Assembly (NCBI GenBank): GCA_973895155.1
Contig: OZ316898.1
Span: 8,047,079 to 8,111,078, forward strand
Source of the DNA: Marsupella aquatica
Lineage: Eukaryota > Plantae > Marchantiophyta
Direction of reading: 5' to 3'
DNA: 64,000 bases
In this document: positions 53,601 through 61,503 of the stretch, piece after piece
Position numbering within the stretch: position 1 is the stretch's first letter
Layout: each line of letters begins with the position of its first letter
Notes under the pieces: model-generated
Seen by the model: the letters and a program-made list of their open reading frames with translations, nothing else
The model's database searches: none
What the model was told of the DNA's origin: nothing
Made by a program: the position numbers and the translations under genes

Positions 53601-55267
53601 CTGTCATCATTGCAGAGCTCGACAAGGAGCTAAGAGCAACCCGGGAGGAGAGGGCTACCTTGAAGAAGGAATTGGAGGAAGCCCACAGGGAGCAGGAGGA
53701 GGCCAAAAACGAGCTGGAGGGGGCACGTAAGGACCTGGATGAAACCCAAGAGGAATTGGAGGAAATCACGAGGAAGATGGAGAACCTACAGCGGCGGGCC
53801 GACAACCAAACAGAGCGGCTGAAGAAACAAGCCGCAGTATTTAAATGCTTAGCTGCAGCAGGTCCATCTCCCGTTGGGACAAACCAGTTACCAGGGGTGG
53901 TAATTGCCGAAGGACAAGCCGCGTCAACTGCACCAGTGCCGGAAGTAAGTGGGAAGGGGAAGGGACCAGCTGCCGAGCCACCAACGAAGAAGAAGCGGAA
54001 ACCTTCAGGGTCAAGGAGTAATACGACTTCACAGGCCGTGGTGATCAAGGAGGTAGACCCAGCACCGACCCCAGACAGGGTCACGGCTAAGGATCCAACT
54101 ACCCTAGGGGAAGGGGAGGCCGAAGCCAAGGGAGTGGCTGAAGCCGAAGCCGTGGGAGTGGCTGAGGCCGAAGCCGTGGGTATTGCCGAGGCCGGTGTCG
54201 AGGCTGAAGCCGAAGGTGGACCCAGTCAGGCCGATGGAGAGTTGACTCGGTCAAGGGCAGGTAATCTGTCAGTAGGCGGGCCAACGGCAGTGGCTGAGGA
54301 GGAAGTGTTGGGGGCGTCCATTGAGGATCCACCACCGGTGTCGTGACGGTGCAAGGGCGCCGTTCCTTTTAGGGAGGGCGGACGTGGAGGGAGGAGGCGT
54401 GAGTGGGCAGGGCGGGCGCGGATCTCCACGTTTAGGATTAGGATCAGAACCAGGAGCGGCCCTGACACTTAGCTTAGTGGGATTGCGGTCCCACTGGTAG
54501 GAGCAACACTTGTGCTCCTGCCTTGCTGTACATAGGTAGATTCGGGCAAGTAGATTACTGTCAGGTAGATTAGGCTTACGATGCAAAGAATGGCGGATCC
54601 ACTACCAGGATAAGTACCTAGGCAGCGGGGAGCTCAGGGCCTCTTCTTTAGCAAGTTTTTAGTTTGCACCAGCCGGGCTGGGATCAAGTAGTACGAGAAG
54701 CTCTCGGTTAGTCATACAGTGACCCTTGTGTATATTCATGTTTCCTCATGCCTAAGAGCTGAATAGAGTTGGCCTCACGGCTTAGTTCGCAGAACTTGTG
54801 TATGAGATGTACTGTTTGTATGGCAAGTGCATGGTATGACTCAGTCAGAATGAGTCATTTTGCTATTTGTGTGTCGCATTAACTTGTGTGAAGAGTGCCC
54901 ACATCAACAGAAGGAAGGAAAGTAAGCAGGGGAGTGAGAGTTGGATGTGTCGAGCTGAGAGAGGTCTTAGCGGCTTAACCAAGCCTATTGGGGATCATTC
55001 CGGCGGCGAAATCCAAACATACCTAACAAGACGGAGGGGAAGACAGGGGAAGACAGGGGAAGGCCTATATTAGGCCGGCTACGTATCTCATGACCCGATG
55101 AAGGATCTGTCCAGTATATGTGTGTAAAATGTTAATAGTAGTAGTAGAAGGTTAGCAGCGTCCCATGCCGCTAAGCCGCGGAAACGGCCTCGCCAAGCAC
55201 GAAACCTGCAGGAATCGGCTTGAGCTGGGGGGTTTCTTGGGTTTAGGGAGCCATGGGACGCACCACA
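50608..55267 (+). repeat. 5' LTR of element C (4660 bp)
   Basis: Both ends match the 3' LTR (offset 10884 before and 8561 after the deletion). Followed by the PBS. Confidence 0.93.
50684..54346 (+). CDS. LTR-encoded accessory protein (plant transposon-associated domain plus long coiled coil)
   Basis: Uninterrupted 1220-codon frame with in-frame ATGs at 50723 and 50981. LLEFVGSW...IYGKDFYLTPKVIAEVFGLP resembles plant mobile/transposon-protein motifs. About 280 aa of E/K/L heptads, NLS-like PTKKKRKP and (AEAVGV)n tail. Confidence 0.85.
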   Translation: MTKQGKYKQLGATMEPGPRPKVRLRVKTRLGLGRVKRRRLGRINGKKDRQRRGVRSACRRWWLICEHELGRRLREANYCQLLRQALGERVDTDDRPKEGMSNVNQAAHFWGCLFERETEYIKTYEDEESERAARERQELARLWELQKTAFLGGELIKDEFLWTPTSNQLDDLLFCKDSVVGIREAIKNCNDIHWELKGSTERWTQATVLGETSTAAEMKRKGAVNDEATPAKRTRSAAPKKPAEQQSRRQGEAEEEEVDPIKAIPTRDDTWKGWAATLPVEVQLHFAREEDACFTAMQTKKYQGFMAGSGLEAFVRLPWLKPEVPESDLLEFVGSWEPETNCTRIYGKDFYLTPKVIAEVFGLPIGNKTKVDTRKTLPDKEFRSFPGPSTKNGFFRNTCTNPHIGEMIDFLQVTMHCNLPRAEIGKAQVYLAERPDPSRDYNGYLLNQLKKILKEEQQVIGMGSVSRLGYHMPLLCRYARGQTFAPVLPLQVRAPEEAPTPRPLAEKPQPPVSPTIEQVFRPRKEDLPMQQPGMQSLLKLLEKEKKSASATTTATATMQDTTTEVGLHWLTRENPFAGDKERIRPESKLGVRMYVGTSSSESEAELPEAPTDEEEREKPDVQEVEEAVEDCSHDNSGYGSDHHIPGVRTCGRFVPTLPRVVRGDPNQQSSPESPPPDVAPPSFDGIKQTVQEFQERIKQEEEAALAKEKDLPGGDWPEDIRRLAEKGSKPLATIEEIRRMAWEQRPRWAMPITSTYSTYAKNRAMEYGEMCGELALGIFGEELEVGPFFHREQLEKHQLEEAVALERSKKDEVIRRLRRMEAEIEDLRAAKKAQDELRIKRHELNIMQGQLDTAQADNQNIKDKLTQTQEELADTIKEREKWKQELKNTEEAHITANSRAMAETQRKEWALKGELEKICGALEQKEVELGKSYQGIMALQQELASLTASFKADLREKDEMLEQTYAKMNQMESVIIAELDKELRATREERATLKKELEEAHREQEEAKNELEGARKDLDETQEELEEITRKMENLQRRADNQTERLKKQAAVFKCLAAAGPSPVGTNQLPGVVIAEGQAASTAPVPEVSGKGKGPAAEPPTKKKRKPSGSRSNTTSQAVVIKEVDPAPTPDRVTAKDPTTLGEGEAEAKGVAEAEAVGVAEAEAVGIAEAGVEAEAEGGPSQADGELTRSRAGNLSVGGPTAVAEEEVLGASIEDPPPVS

Positions 55268-55271
55268 TTTT

Positions 55272-55289
55272 TGGCGCTAGATGGAGGGG
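55272..55289 (+). other. primer binding site, tRNA-Asn type
   Basis: TGGCGCTAGATGGAGGGG, 4 nt after the LTR. It is complementary (one mismatch) to the plant tRNA-Asn 3' end ...CCCCUCCUUCUAGCGCCA as recalled from memory. Confidence 0.8.
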
Positions 55290-55426
55290 GCATTTCTTAA
55301 GCCGTGAGATATGAAGTTAGAACGGAAGCGTAGGTAATGACTGACCTTACGCCGAGGGAAGAAAGAGTGATTCAACGGGAGAGAGCTCGACTGCAGTAGC
55401 TCGCCGGGTGGCATGATACACAGCGA

Positions 55427-58330
55427 GTGAGAGGGGCAGAAAGAGCTGGTAGCTCCGAAACTGGAAGTGGCGTCGAAGAAGACATACCAGAAGAAGAGTC
55501 GGTAAGGAGAAGTGAGTCTCCAACCGACATGGGGGAACCAGAGGCACGGCCAGACCAGAGGCCAGGGACCAGATTGAGCCAGCGGTCGCGCATACATTAC
55601 AAGGCATTTCATGGGAGAGGAGATGAGGATCCGGACGAATGGTTGGATGATTTCGAGGGAACCGCTGCAGCAAATGGAGAATCGGCCATCAAGATGCAGA
55701 TTCTTCCCGGCCTGTTCAAGGGTGAGGCTAGGCCTTGGTACAGAGCATTAGATGTGGAAGATCAAGCCATCTGGGATATCTTCAAAACACTCTTTGTTAA
55801 GGAGTTTCGACCCATTGGAACTTCAGAACTAGCAGTGCTGAAGTTGGGACAACTTCGGTTCAAGGAGAACAAATCCTTCAGGAAGTTCTTGCAACGCTTT
55901 CAGAAACTGGTAAGACGTACAAAGACCAATGCATCTGAAGGTATGCAACTTCAATGGTTGGTGAATGCTTTGCCACAGAAGATGAGTTTTGCAATTAGGA
56001 AGGAGAACCCGGAGACTTTAGCCGAAGCAATTAAGGATATTCAATTATACATTAATGCAGATATCACAAGCCGGAAGAAACAGCTTAAGTCTGAGAGTTC
56101 CTCATCAGAGGAGGGATCACCCCATAAGAAAAAAGATAAGAAGAAGAAACATTCCAAGAAGTCTAGAAGTGATAAGTCAAGCTCGAATAGTGGGAGTAGC
56201 AAGAGTGAGTCATCTTCTAGTTCTGAAGAAGAAAAAACTAGGAAAAGGAAGGGCAGAAGGAGAGGGAAGACGAAAGTCAAGATGGAGGCTAAGCCACCAG
56301 ATAACATCGTAGCCCTTACCGAGCAACTTAAGGCTATCATTGCAGAGGTAAAACCAAAGAAGAAGGTAGTACAGGAGGATAGCTCTGTATGGTGTGCCTT
56401 ATGTTATAAAACCGGACACCATAAAGATGCGTGTCCTAAGCTTAATACTAATCATGTTCGGCATGTGACCGAGATCAGACCATGTCAGGGAGAAGTAGAG
56501 TACTTTTTGGGAGATGCCGCTGATAGTGTTTTCGGCATCAGTGAGACTGGAGCACGAGACCTATCCAACAGACCTGCATCTCTGTGGTCAGGGTTAAGGA
56601 ACAATCCAGGAGAGATGTATCCTCGGATTATTCAGAACCCGTCAGTACCTCCTAGGCCGAATGTGCAAAGATTTGCGGCGTGCTATAATTGTGGTCAACC
56701 TGGCCATTTTGCTAGAGAATGCCCGAATGCACGCAAACAGGGTGATGGACAACCAGCTCAGCTATGTATGGGATGCCGACAGGAAGGTCATATGCTAGGG
56801 CAATGTCCTACTTGGTTGGCAGGCCTGGCCGCAAATCATAAGCTTTTGCCGATCAAGATCTTACCGCCAGGTACTACCCCCGGAGGAGTTCAAATCAACC
56901 ACATCGAACTAGGATGGCAAGAGGATGCCGAGGCAGAGTTCGTACCATCTGATGATGAGGCCGAAGCCCTATCAACCTTCTCAGAGGAGGATTTAGATCA
57001 TGATTGCTACCGGGTCTCTACTCGATCTACCAGAAGGAAGGAAAGGTGGGATGGGCTGGCCAAAAATAAAGGGAAGGTTACGGAGGAAAGGATCAACTCT
57101 TCGTCAACATCAACAGAAGGAGTAGGGAGGGCTCCGGCAATACAGGTAAGCCATGAGCCCACCAGTGAAACCAATCCTTCACAAGATAGCGACTTCAATC
57201 GAGATCATCCTAAGTTGTTCTACCCCTCTGTTACGGCTAGTGTTAAGGAACAACTAAGAGAATTAGAAACCCTGGAGAATACCGAAGCCATTGCCAAGGA
57301 TGTAAAACGAGCAAAAGCATTGTTTGCTTCGGAAGACCCAACAGCTGTGGAGACTAGCGTGGCAAAACTGGCCGAATCCAAGACGGAAACACCACCAGAA
57401 GAGAAGCCGATTGTTCCCTATGACCTGGCTAAAGATGTACTAGAATCTAGAGTCTCGGCAACAGTAGGTCAACTATTGAAAAATAGCCCGTACTTCCGGA
57501 AGCAATTAAGGAAGGCTATTCTCGGCAAGCCGAGATTACCCAAGGTAGCAACCAGATCCGACGTACTAATGATAGAAGAAGATCAAGGAGCCCCAGCATT
57601 ACCATTAATGATTCAAGGAGAATTATTACTACGGGTACCCATCGATGGAGGATCAGGGGTATGTATTATGATTGATTCAACAGCAAAAGGGTGGGGTCTA
57701 ACACCGGAGATGACTGGAAGAGTGTTGAACATGGCCAATGGATATCAGGTCATTCCGACGGGAGTGTTAACCGGCATCAAGACAGAGATAGGAGGTATCT
57801 TCTTTAGCATTAACTATGTAGTAATGAAGCCGGTAAATCCTACGTCATTCCGGCTATTGATTGGTAGGCCATGGCTGTACCTAGCCGAGGTAATAGAAGA
57901 TTGGGGTAAAAAGCAGTTCACTTTCGGGACCCCCTCTATCACGGTATCCTGGGACACTAAGGATGACCGTAGGAAAAGCATAAGGGAAGTAGATGGGTAC
58001 GACAGTGGACTGGAGTCAGCCGATGAAGTACGTTGGTTAGAATGCCTCACTAACCTAACCGAAGAAGGTGTCTTTGAACCAGAGGTACCCCCCAGCGGAT
58101 TATGGCAAGAACCAATGGAAGGTGACTTGGAAGAAGAAGACGAAGAGGTCGAGGACTGCTTTACAATAGAATCCACCTTTTTAGCTGCAATTCCGGAGGA
58201 AGTAAAGGATGTAGACCAATTGGATGAAACGGCTAAGTGGGGAGCAGTAGCAGGGACAGTGGATTTTCTGCAGGCGTTGTGGCAGAGCCGACGGGGTCCA
58301 CAACGCCATCGATCATCGGCAAGGAATTAA
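55427..58330 (+). CDS. gag: Gag-protease of element C
   Basis: Capsid-like FHGRGDEDPDEWLDDF...KGEARPWY, Ser/Lys-rich linker, three CCHC knuckles and aspartic protease PIDGGSG...LLIGRPWL. True start uncertain (first in-frame ATG at 55529). Confidence 0.92.
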   Translation: MRGAERAGSSETGSGVEEDIPEEESVRRSESPTDMGEPEARPDQRPGTRLSQRSRIHYKAFHGRGDEDPDEWLDDFEGTAAANGESAIKMQILPGLFKGEARPWYRALDVEDQAIWDIFKTLFVKEFRPIGTSELAVLKLGQLRFKENKSFRKFLQRFQKLVRRTKTNASEGMQLQWLVNALPQKMSFAIRKENPETLAEAIKDIQLYINADITSRKKQLKSESSSSEEGSPHKKKDKKKKHSKKSRSDKSSSNSGSSKSESSSSSEEEKTRKRKGRRRGKTKVKMEAKPPDNIVALTEQLKAIIAEVKPKKKVVQEDSSVWCALCYKTGHHKDACPKLNTNHVRHVTEIRPCQGEVEYFLGDAADSVFGISETGARDLSNRPASLWSGLRNNPGEMYPRIIQNPSVPPRPNVQRFAACYNCGQPGHFARECPNARKQGDGQPAQLCMGCRQEGHMLGQCPTWLAGLAANHKLLPIKILPPGTTPGGVQINHIELGWQEDAEAEFVPSDDEAEALSTFSEEDLDHDCYRVSTRSTRRKERWDGLAKNKGKVTEERINSSSTSTEGVGRAPAIQVSHEPTSETNPSQDSDFNRDHPKLFYPSVTASVKEQLRELETLENTEAIAKDVKRAKALFASEDPTAVETSVAKLAESKTETPPEEKPIVPYDLAKDVLESRVSATVGQLLKNSPYFRKQLRKAILGKPRLPKVATRSDVLMIEEDQGAPALPLMIQGELLLRVPIDGGSGVCIMIDSTAKGWGLTPEMTGRVLNMANGYQVIPTGVLTGIKTEIGGIFFSINYVVMKPVNPTSFRLLIGRPWLYLAEVIEDWGKKQFTFGTPSITVSWDTKDDRRKSIREVDGYDSGLESADEVRWLECLTNLTEEGVFEPEVPPSGLWQEPMEGDLEEEDEEVEDCFTIESTFLAAIPEEVKDVDQLDETAKWGAVAGTVDFLQALWQSRRGPQRHRSSARN

Positions 58331-61300
58331 ATACCAAGGGATCGGCATACAAGCCGATTACGAGGGCAGAACAAATTGAGGCCCTATTAGAAGCCGAGAG
58401 AGCACAGCGGCCTAACTCTCAGGAGCAAGAGGTGGATGAGATGGACAGACACGATCTAGAGCCAAGGCAGGAAGGGGAGCCGACCACTAATTCAAAACCG
58501 AATAGACCGGTAAGGGGACAATCTATGGACACCAAGGAAGGGACCGACTCGGCTAGTCCAGCCGAAATCCCAGTTTATGGAGGTATGAGATTAGAGAGAC
58601 TGGAAGCCGAACTGGACCCGAATTTGAAGAAGCAGATTAATATGATCCAAGCACGGCAATATCGGAAGCTCGACTTAGGAGAGGGAAGAGAACTGAACTT
58701 AGGGAGAAACCTAGCACCTGAGCTCGAGAAAGAGATCAGTGACTTATTGATTGAATTTCAGGATGTGTTTGCATGGAGTCACCAAGATCTAAAGGGAGTA
58801 GATCCAACACTAGGGGAACATCGAATTGATCTCATGTTAGGAGCCAAATCATTTCGACAACCAATTCGAAGGATGAACCCGAAGTATTCCCTGCTGGTCA
58901 AAACAGAAATCGACAAACTAGTGGAAGCTGGATTCATCACTCCAGTCCTGCATTCAGACTGGGTGTCTCCAATTGTGATAGTTCCCAAGAAAGCTGGACC
59001 CGATGGTAAACCCAAGATCCGGGTTTGTCAGGATTACAGGAAGCTGAATGAAGCAACATTAAAAGACCATTTTCCTTTACCGTTTACTGATATGGTACTA
59101 GACATGGTAGCCAGTCATGAACTATATTCATTCATGGATGGATACTCTGGTTATAACCAAATCAGGATTCGGCAGGAAGACCAAATCAAGACGGCCTTCA
59201 TCACGGAATGGGGGATCTATGTCTTCAATCGTATGCCGTTTGGACTCTGCAACGCACCAGCTATGTTCCAACGATTAATGGTGAACATTTTTCATGATTA
59301 CTTGAGAAAGTTCATGGAAATCTTCATTGATGACTTTGCAGTATTCGGGAAGGCATCGAAACATGCTAAATACCTCAGGAAAACCTTCATGAGATGTAGA
59401 GAGGTGGGTCTCAAGTTACACCCAGATAAATGTTTTTTTGCAGTAACCGAGGGGGTGCTACTAGGTCACAAGGTATCAAGGAAGGGCATTGAGATTGACA
59501 AAGGTAAGCTAGCAGTATGGCTAGATATCATGCAACCTAAGAACATAAAGGATGTAAGATCCTTCTTGGGATGCATTGGTTACTATCGCCGGTTCATCAA
59601 GGATTTTGCCAAGATGGCTTTACCATTAACCAATATGCTCAAGGCAGGAGCAGACTTCGAACCCACACCCGAACGAGTCACAACGGTGGTAGAATTGAAG
59701 CAGATGTTAGTAGAGGCCCCAGTCATGATAGCACCGGACTGGAACAAAGATTTTCATGTTTTTGTAGATGTCTCGGGCTTCTGTATTGGCTCAGTACTAA
59801 GTCAGTTGGATGAGAAAGGAAGGGACCATCCCATATACTTCGCAAGCCGTCAGCTTGCCGATGCCGAACGGAACTACTCTACCACGGAAAGAGAAGCATT
59901 AGGAGTCATTTATTCTTGTAAAAAGTTTAGGCATTATTTACTAGGGTACAAGGTAATCTTTCATACTGATCATGAAAGTTTGAAGTACCTAGTCAATAAG
60001 CCGGACCTTACAGGCAGAGTAGCAAGATGGATTTTGCTATTACAGGAGTTTGACTATGAGCTGAGGATCAAGCCGGGAAAGTTACATGCCAATGCCGACT
60101 TCTTTTCAAGGATCACAGGTAAACCTGCCACGGATTGCATCGATGATCGATTCCCCGACGAGGAGCTATTCGTTGTGGAAATAGCTGGTACATGGTACCC
60201 TGAGATTTTACAATTTCTCAGCACTTCCAGATTACAGCCAGGATTAAGCCGAGAGCAAGCCGTAGTCTTTGTGCGGAAGGTCAGACAGTATCAGTGCATT
60301 AAAGGCATACTGCACAAGCATGGAATCAACGGCACGATTCAAAGATGTTTGGAAAAGAGAGAGGTCAAACGAGTCCTACGGGCCATGCATGGAGAGGAGG
60401 CCGGAGGACATTTTGCCCCAGTAACCACGTCTAAGAAGATATTAAATGCCGGTTACTGGTGGCCCACCTTGCACAAAGATGTCTATCAGTTTATCAAACA
60501 ATGCGATCCTTGTCAACGAGCGGGAGGACCAAGGGCGTCCACCAGGCATCCACTGCACCCTATTCTACCTCTGGCACCATTCGAGAAGTGGGGTATTGAT
60601 TACATTGGACCTCTGAAACCACTGACCCACCCTCGACGGAACAAGTACATAATCCTGGCTACGGATTATGCAACTAAATGGGTAGAGGCCAGACCAACAA
60701 CGAAGGATGATGCAATTACTACGGCTAGATTCATGTATGAGCAGATCTTCACCAGGTATGGAGCACCCCTAGAATTAGTTAGTGATAGAGGAACCCATTT
60801 TTTGAATGATATAATTAGTCGTTTAAATGAGCAGTATTTAGTTAAACATAGGCCTACTACTCCCTACCATCCAAAGGCAAACGGGTTGACAGAACGAGCA
60901 AACGGAATCATAGGAAAGATATTGAACAAGACAGTAGCTCAGAACAAACTCGATTGGGATGATAAATTGTTTGCTGCTATTTTTGCTTACAATCTTGCCT
61001 ATAAATCCACTACCGGTCATACACCCTTCTTCTTAACCTTTGGACAAGAAGCCCTGGTACCCATGCAACTTGAGATACCGACATTTCAAGTTACAATTGA
61101 GGAAAGAGCCTCAGCGGAGGAGAGCCTAAAGGAGCGAGAATATAGGTTAGAAGCTTTAGAGGAAGCGAGAATGATTTCAGCCGAGAGAGTAGAATATAGA
61201 CAGAATATCATGAAGCAGCAGTATGATAAAAGGTTAAAAGTAGTTAGTATTCATACCGGTGATCTTGTGCTACTTTATGACAGTAGGTATAGTAGGTTTC

Positions 61301-61503
61301 CAGGAAAGCTTTACACTCGCTGGTTAGGACCCTTTAGAGTAACCATGATGTTCCCCAATGGCTCCGTACAATTGGCCAACATTACGGGAGAGGTATATCC
61401 AGTTCGCATCCATTATGACCGCCTCAAGAAATACTATATGGACGAAGATGAAGTTGTTCGCGAGGACGCTTCACAATTAAGTGGGGAGCTATGTGATGCC
61501 TAG
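58237..61503 (+). CDS. pol: Pol (RT-RNaseH-integrase) of element C, in the -1 frame relative to Gag-PR
   Basis: WVSPIVIVPKK, CQDYRKLN, MDGYSGYNQ, MPFGLCNAP, FIDDF, RNase H (VDVS, EREALG, TDH, NADFFSR), integrase HH-CC, WGIDY, SDRGTHF, GLTER and WLGPF. No stops. Confidence 0.96.
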   Translation: MGSSSRDSGFSAGVVAEPTGSTTPSIIGKELNTKGSAYKPITRAEQIEALLEAERAQRPNSQEQEVDEMDRHDLEPRQEGEPTTNSKPNRPVRGQSMDTKEGTDSASPAEIPVYGGMRLERLEAELDPNLKKQINMIQARQYRKLDLGEGRELNLGRNLAPELEKEISDLLIEFQDVFAWSHQDLKGVDPTLGEHRIDLMLGAKSFRQPIRRMNPKYSLLVKTEIDKLVEAGFITPVLHSDWVSPIVIVPKKAGPDGKPKIRVCQDYRKLNEATLKDHFPLPFTDMVLDMVASHELYSFMDGYSGYNQIRIRQEDQIKTAFITEWGIYVFNRMPFGLCNAPAMFQRLMVNIFHDYLRKFMEIFIDDFAVFGKASKHAKYLRKTFMRCREVGLKLHPDKCFFAVTEGVLLGHKVSRKGIEIDKGKLAVWLDIMQPKNIKDVRSFLGCIGYYRRFIKDFAKMALPLTNMLKAGADFEPTPERVTTVVELKQMLVEAPVMIAPDWNKDFHVFVDVSGFCIGSVLSQLDEKGRDHPIYFASRQLADAERNYSTTEREALGVIYSCKKFRHYLLGYKVIFHTDHESLKYLVNKPDLTGRVARWILLLQEFDYELRIKPGKLHANADFFSRITGKPATDCIDDRFPDEELFVVEIAGTWYPEILQFLSTSRLQPGLSREQAVVFVRKVRQYQCIKGILHKHGINGTIQRCLEKREVKRVLRAMHGEEAGGHFAPVTTSKKILNAGYWWPTLHKDVYQFIKQCDPCQRAGGPRASTRHPLHPILPLAPFEKWGIDYIGPLKPLTHPRRNKYIILATDYATKWVEARPTTKDDAITTARFMYEQIFTRYGAPLELVSDRGTHFLNDIISRLNEQYLVKHRPTTPYHPKANGLTERANGIIGKILNKTVAQNKLDWDDKLFAAIFAYNLAYKSTTGHTPFFLTFGQEALVPMQLEIPTFQVTIEERASAEESLKEREYRLEALEEARMISAERVEYRQNIMKQQYDKRLKVVSIHTGDLVLLYDSRYSRFPGKLYTRWLGPFRVTMMFPNGSVQLANITGEVYPVRIHYDRLKKYYMDEDEVVREDASQLSGELCDA
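58261..58320 (+). promoter_or_regulatory. predicted -1 programmed ribosomal frameshift signal (G_GAU_UUU plus H-type pseudoknot)
   Basis: Correctly phased heptamer 58261-58267, 5-nt spacer, perfect 10-bp stem GGCGTTGTGG (58273-58282) / CCACAACGCC (58298-58307), and loop GCCGA (58287-58291) complementary to TCGGC (58316-58320). Confidence 0.82.
61479..61491 (+). other. polypurine tract of element C, inside the pol reading frame
   Basis: AAGTGGGGAGCTA immediately before TG at 61492. Confidence 0.8.

Noticed and set aside
50684-54346. env-like gene
   Set aside because: No signal peptide or transmembrane segment is visible. The protein is charged, coiled-coil and has an NLS-like motif.
51184-54586. 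Multiple antisense ORFs in the C LTR
   Set aside because: They are shadow frames of a GC-rich, codon-biased sense ORF.
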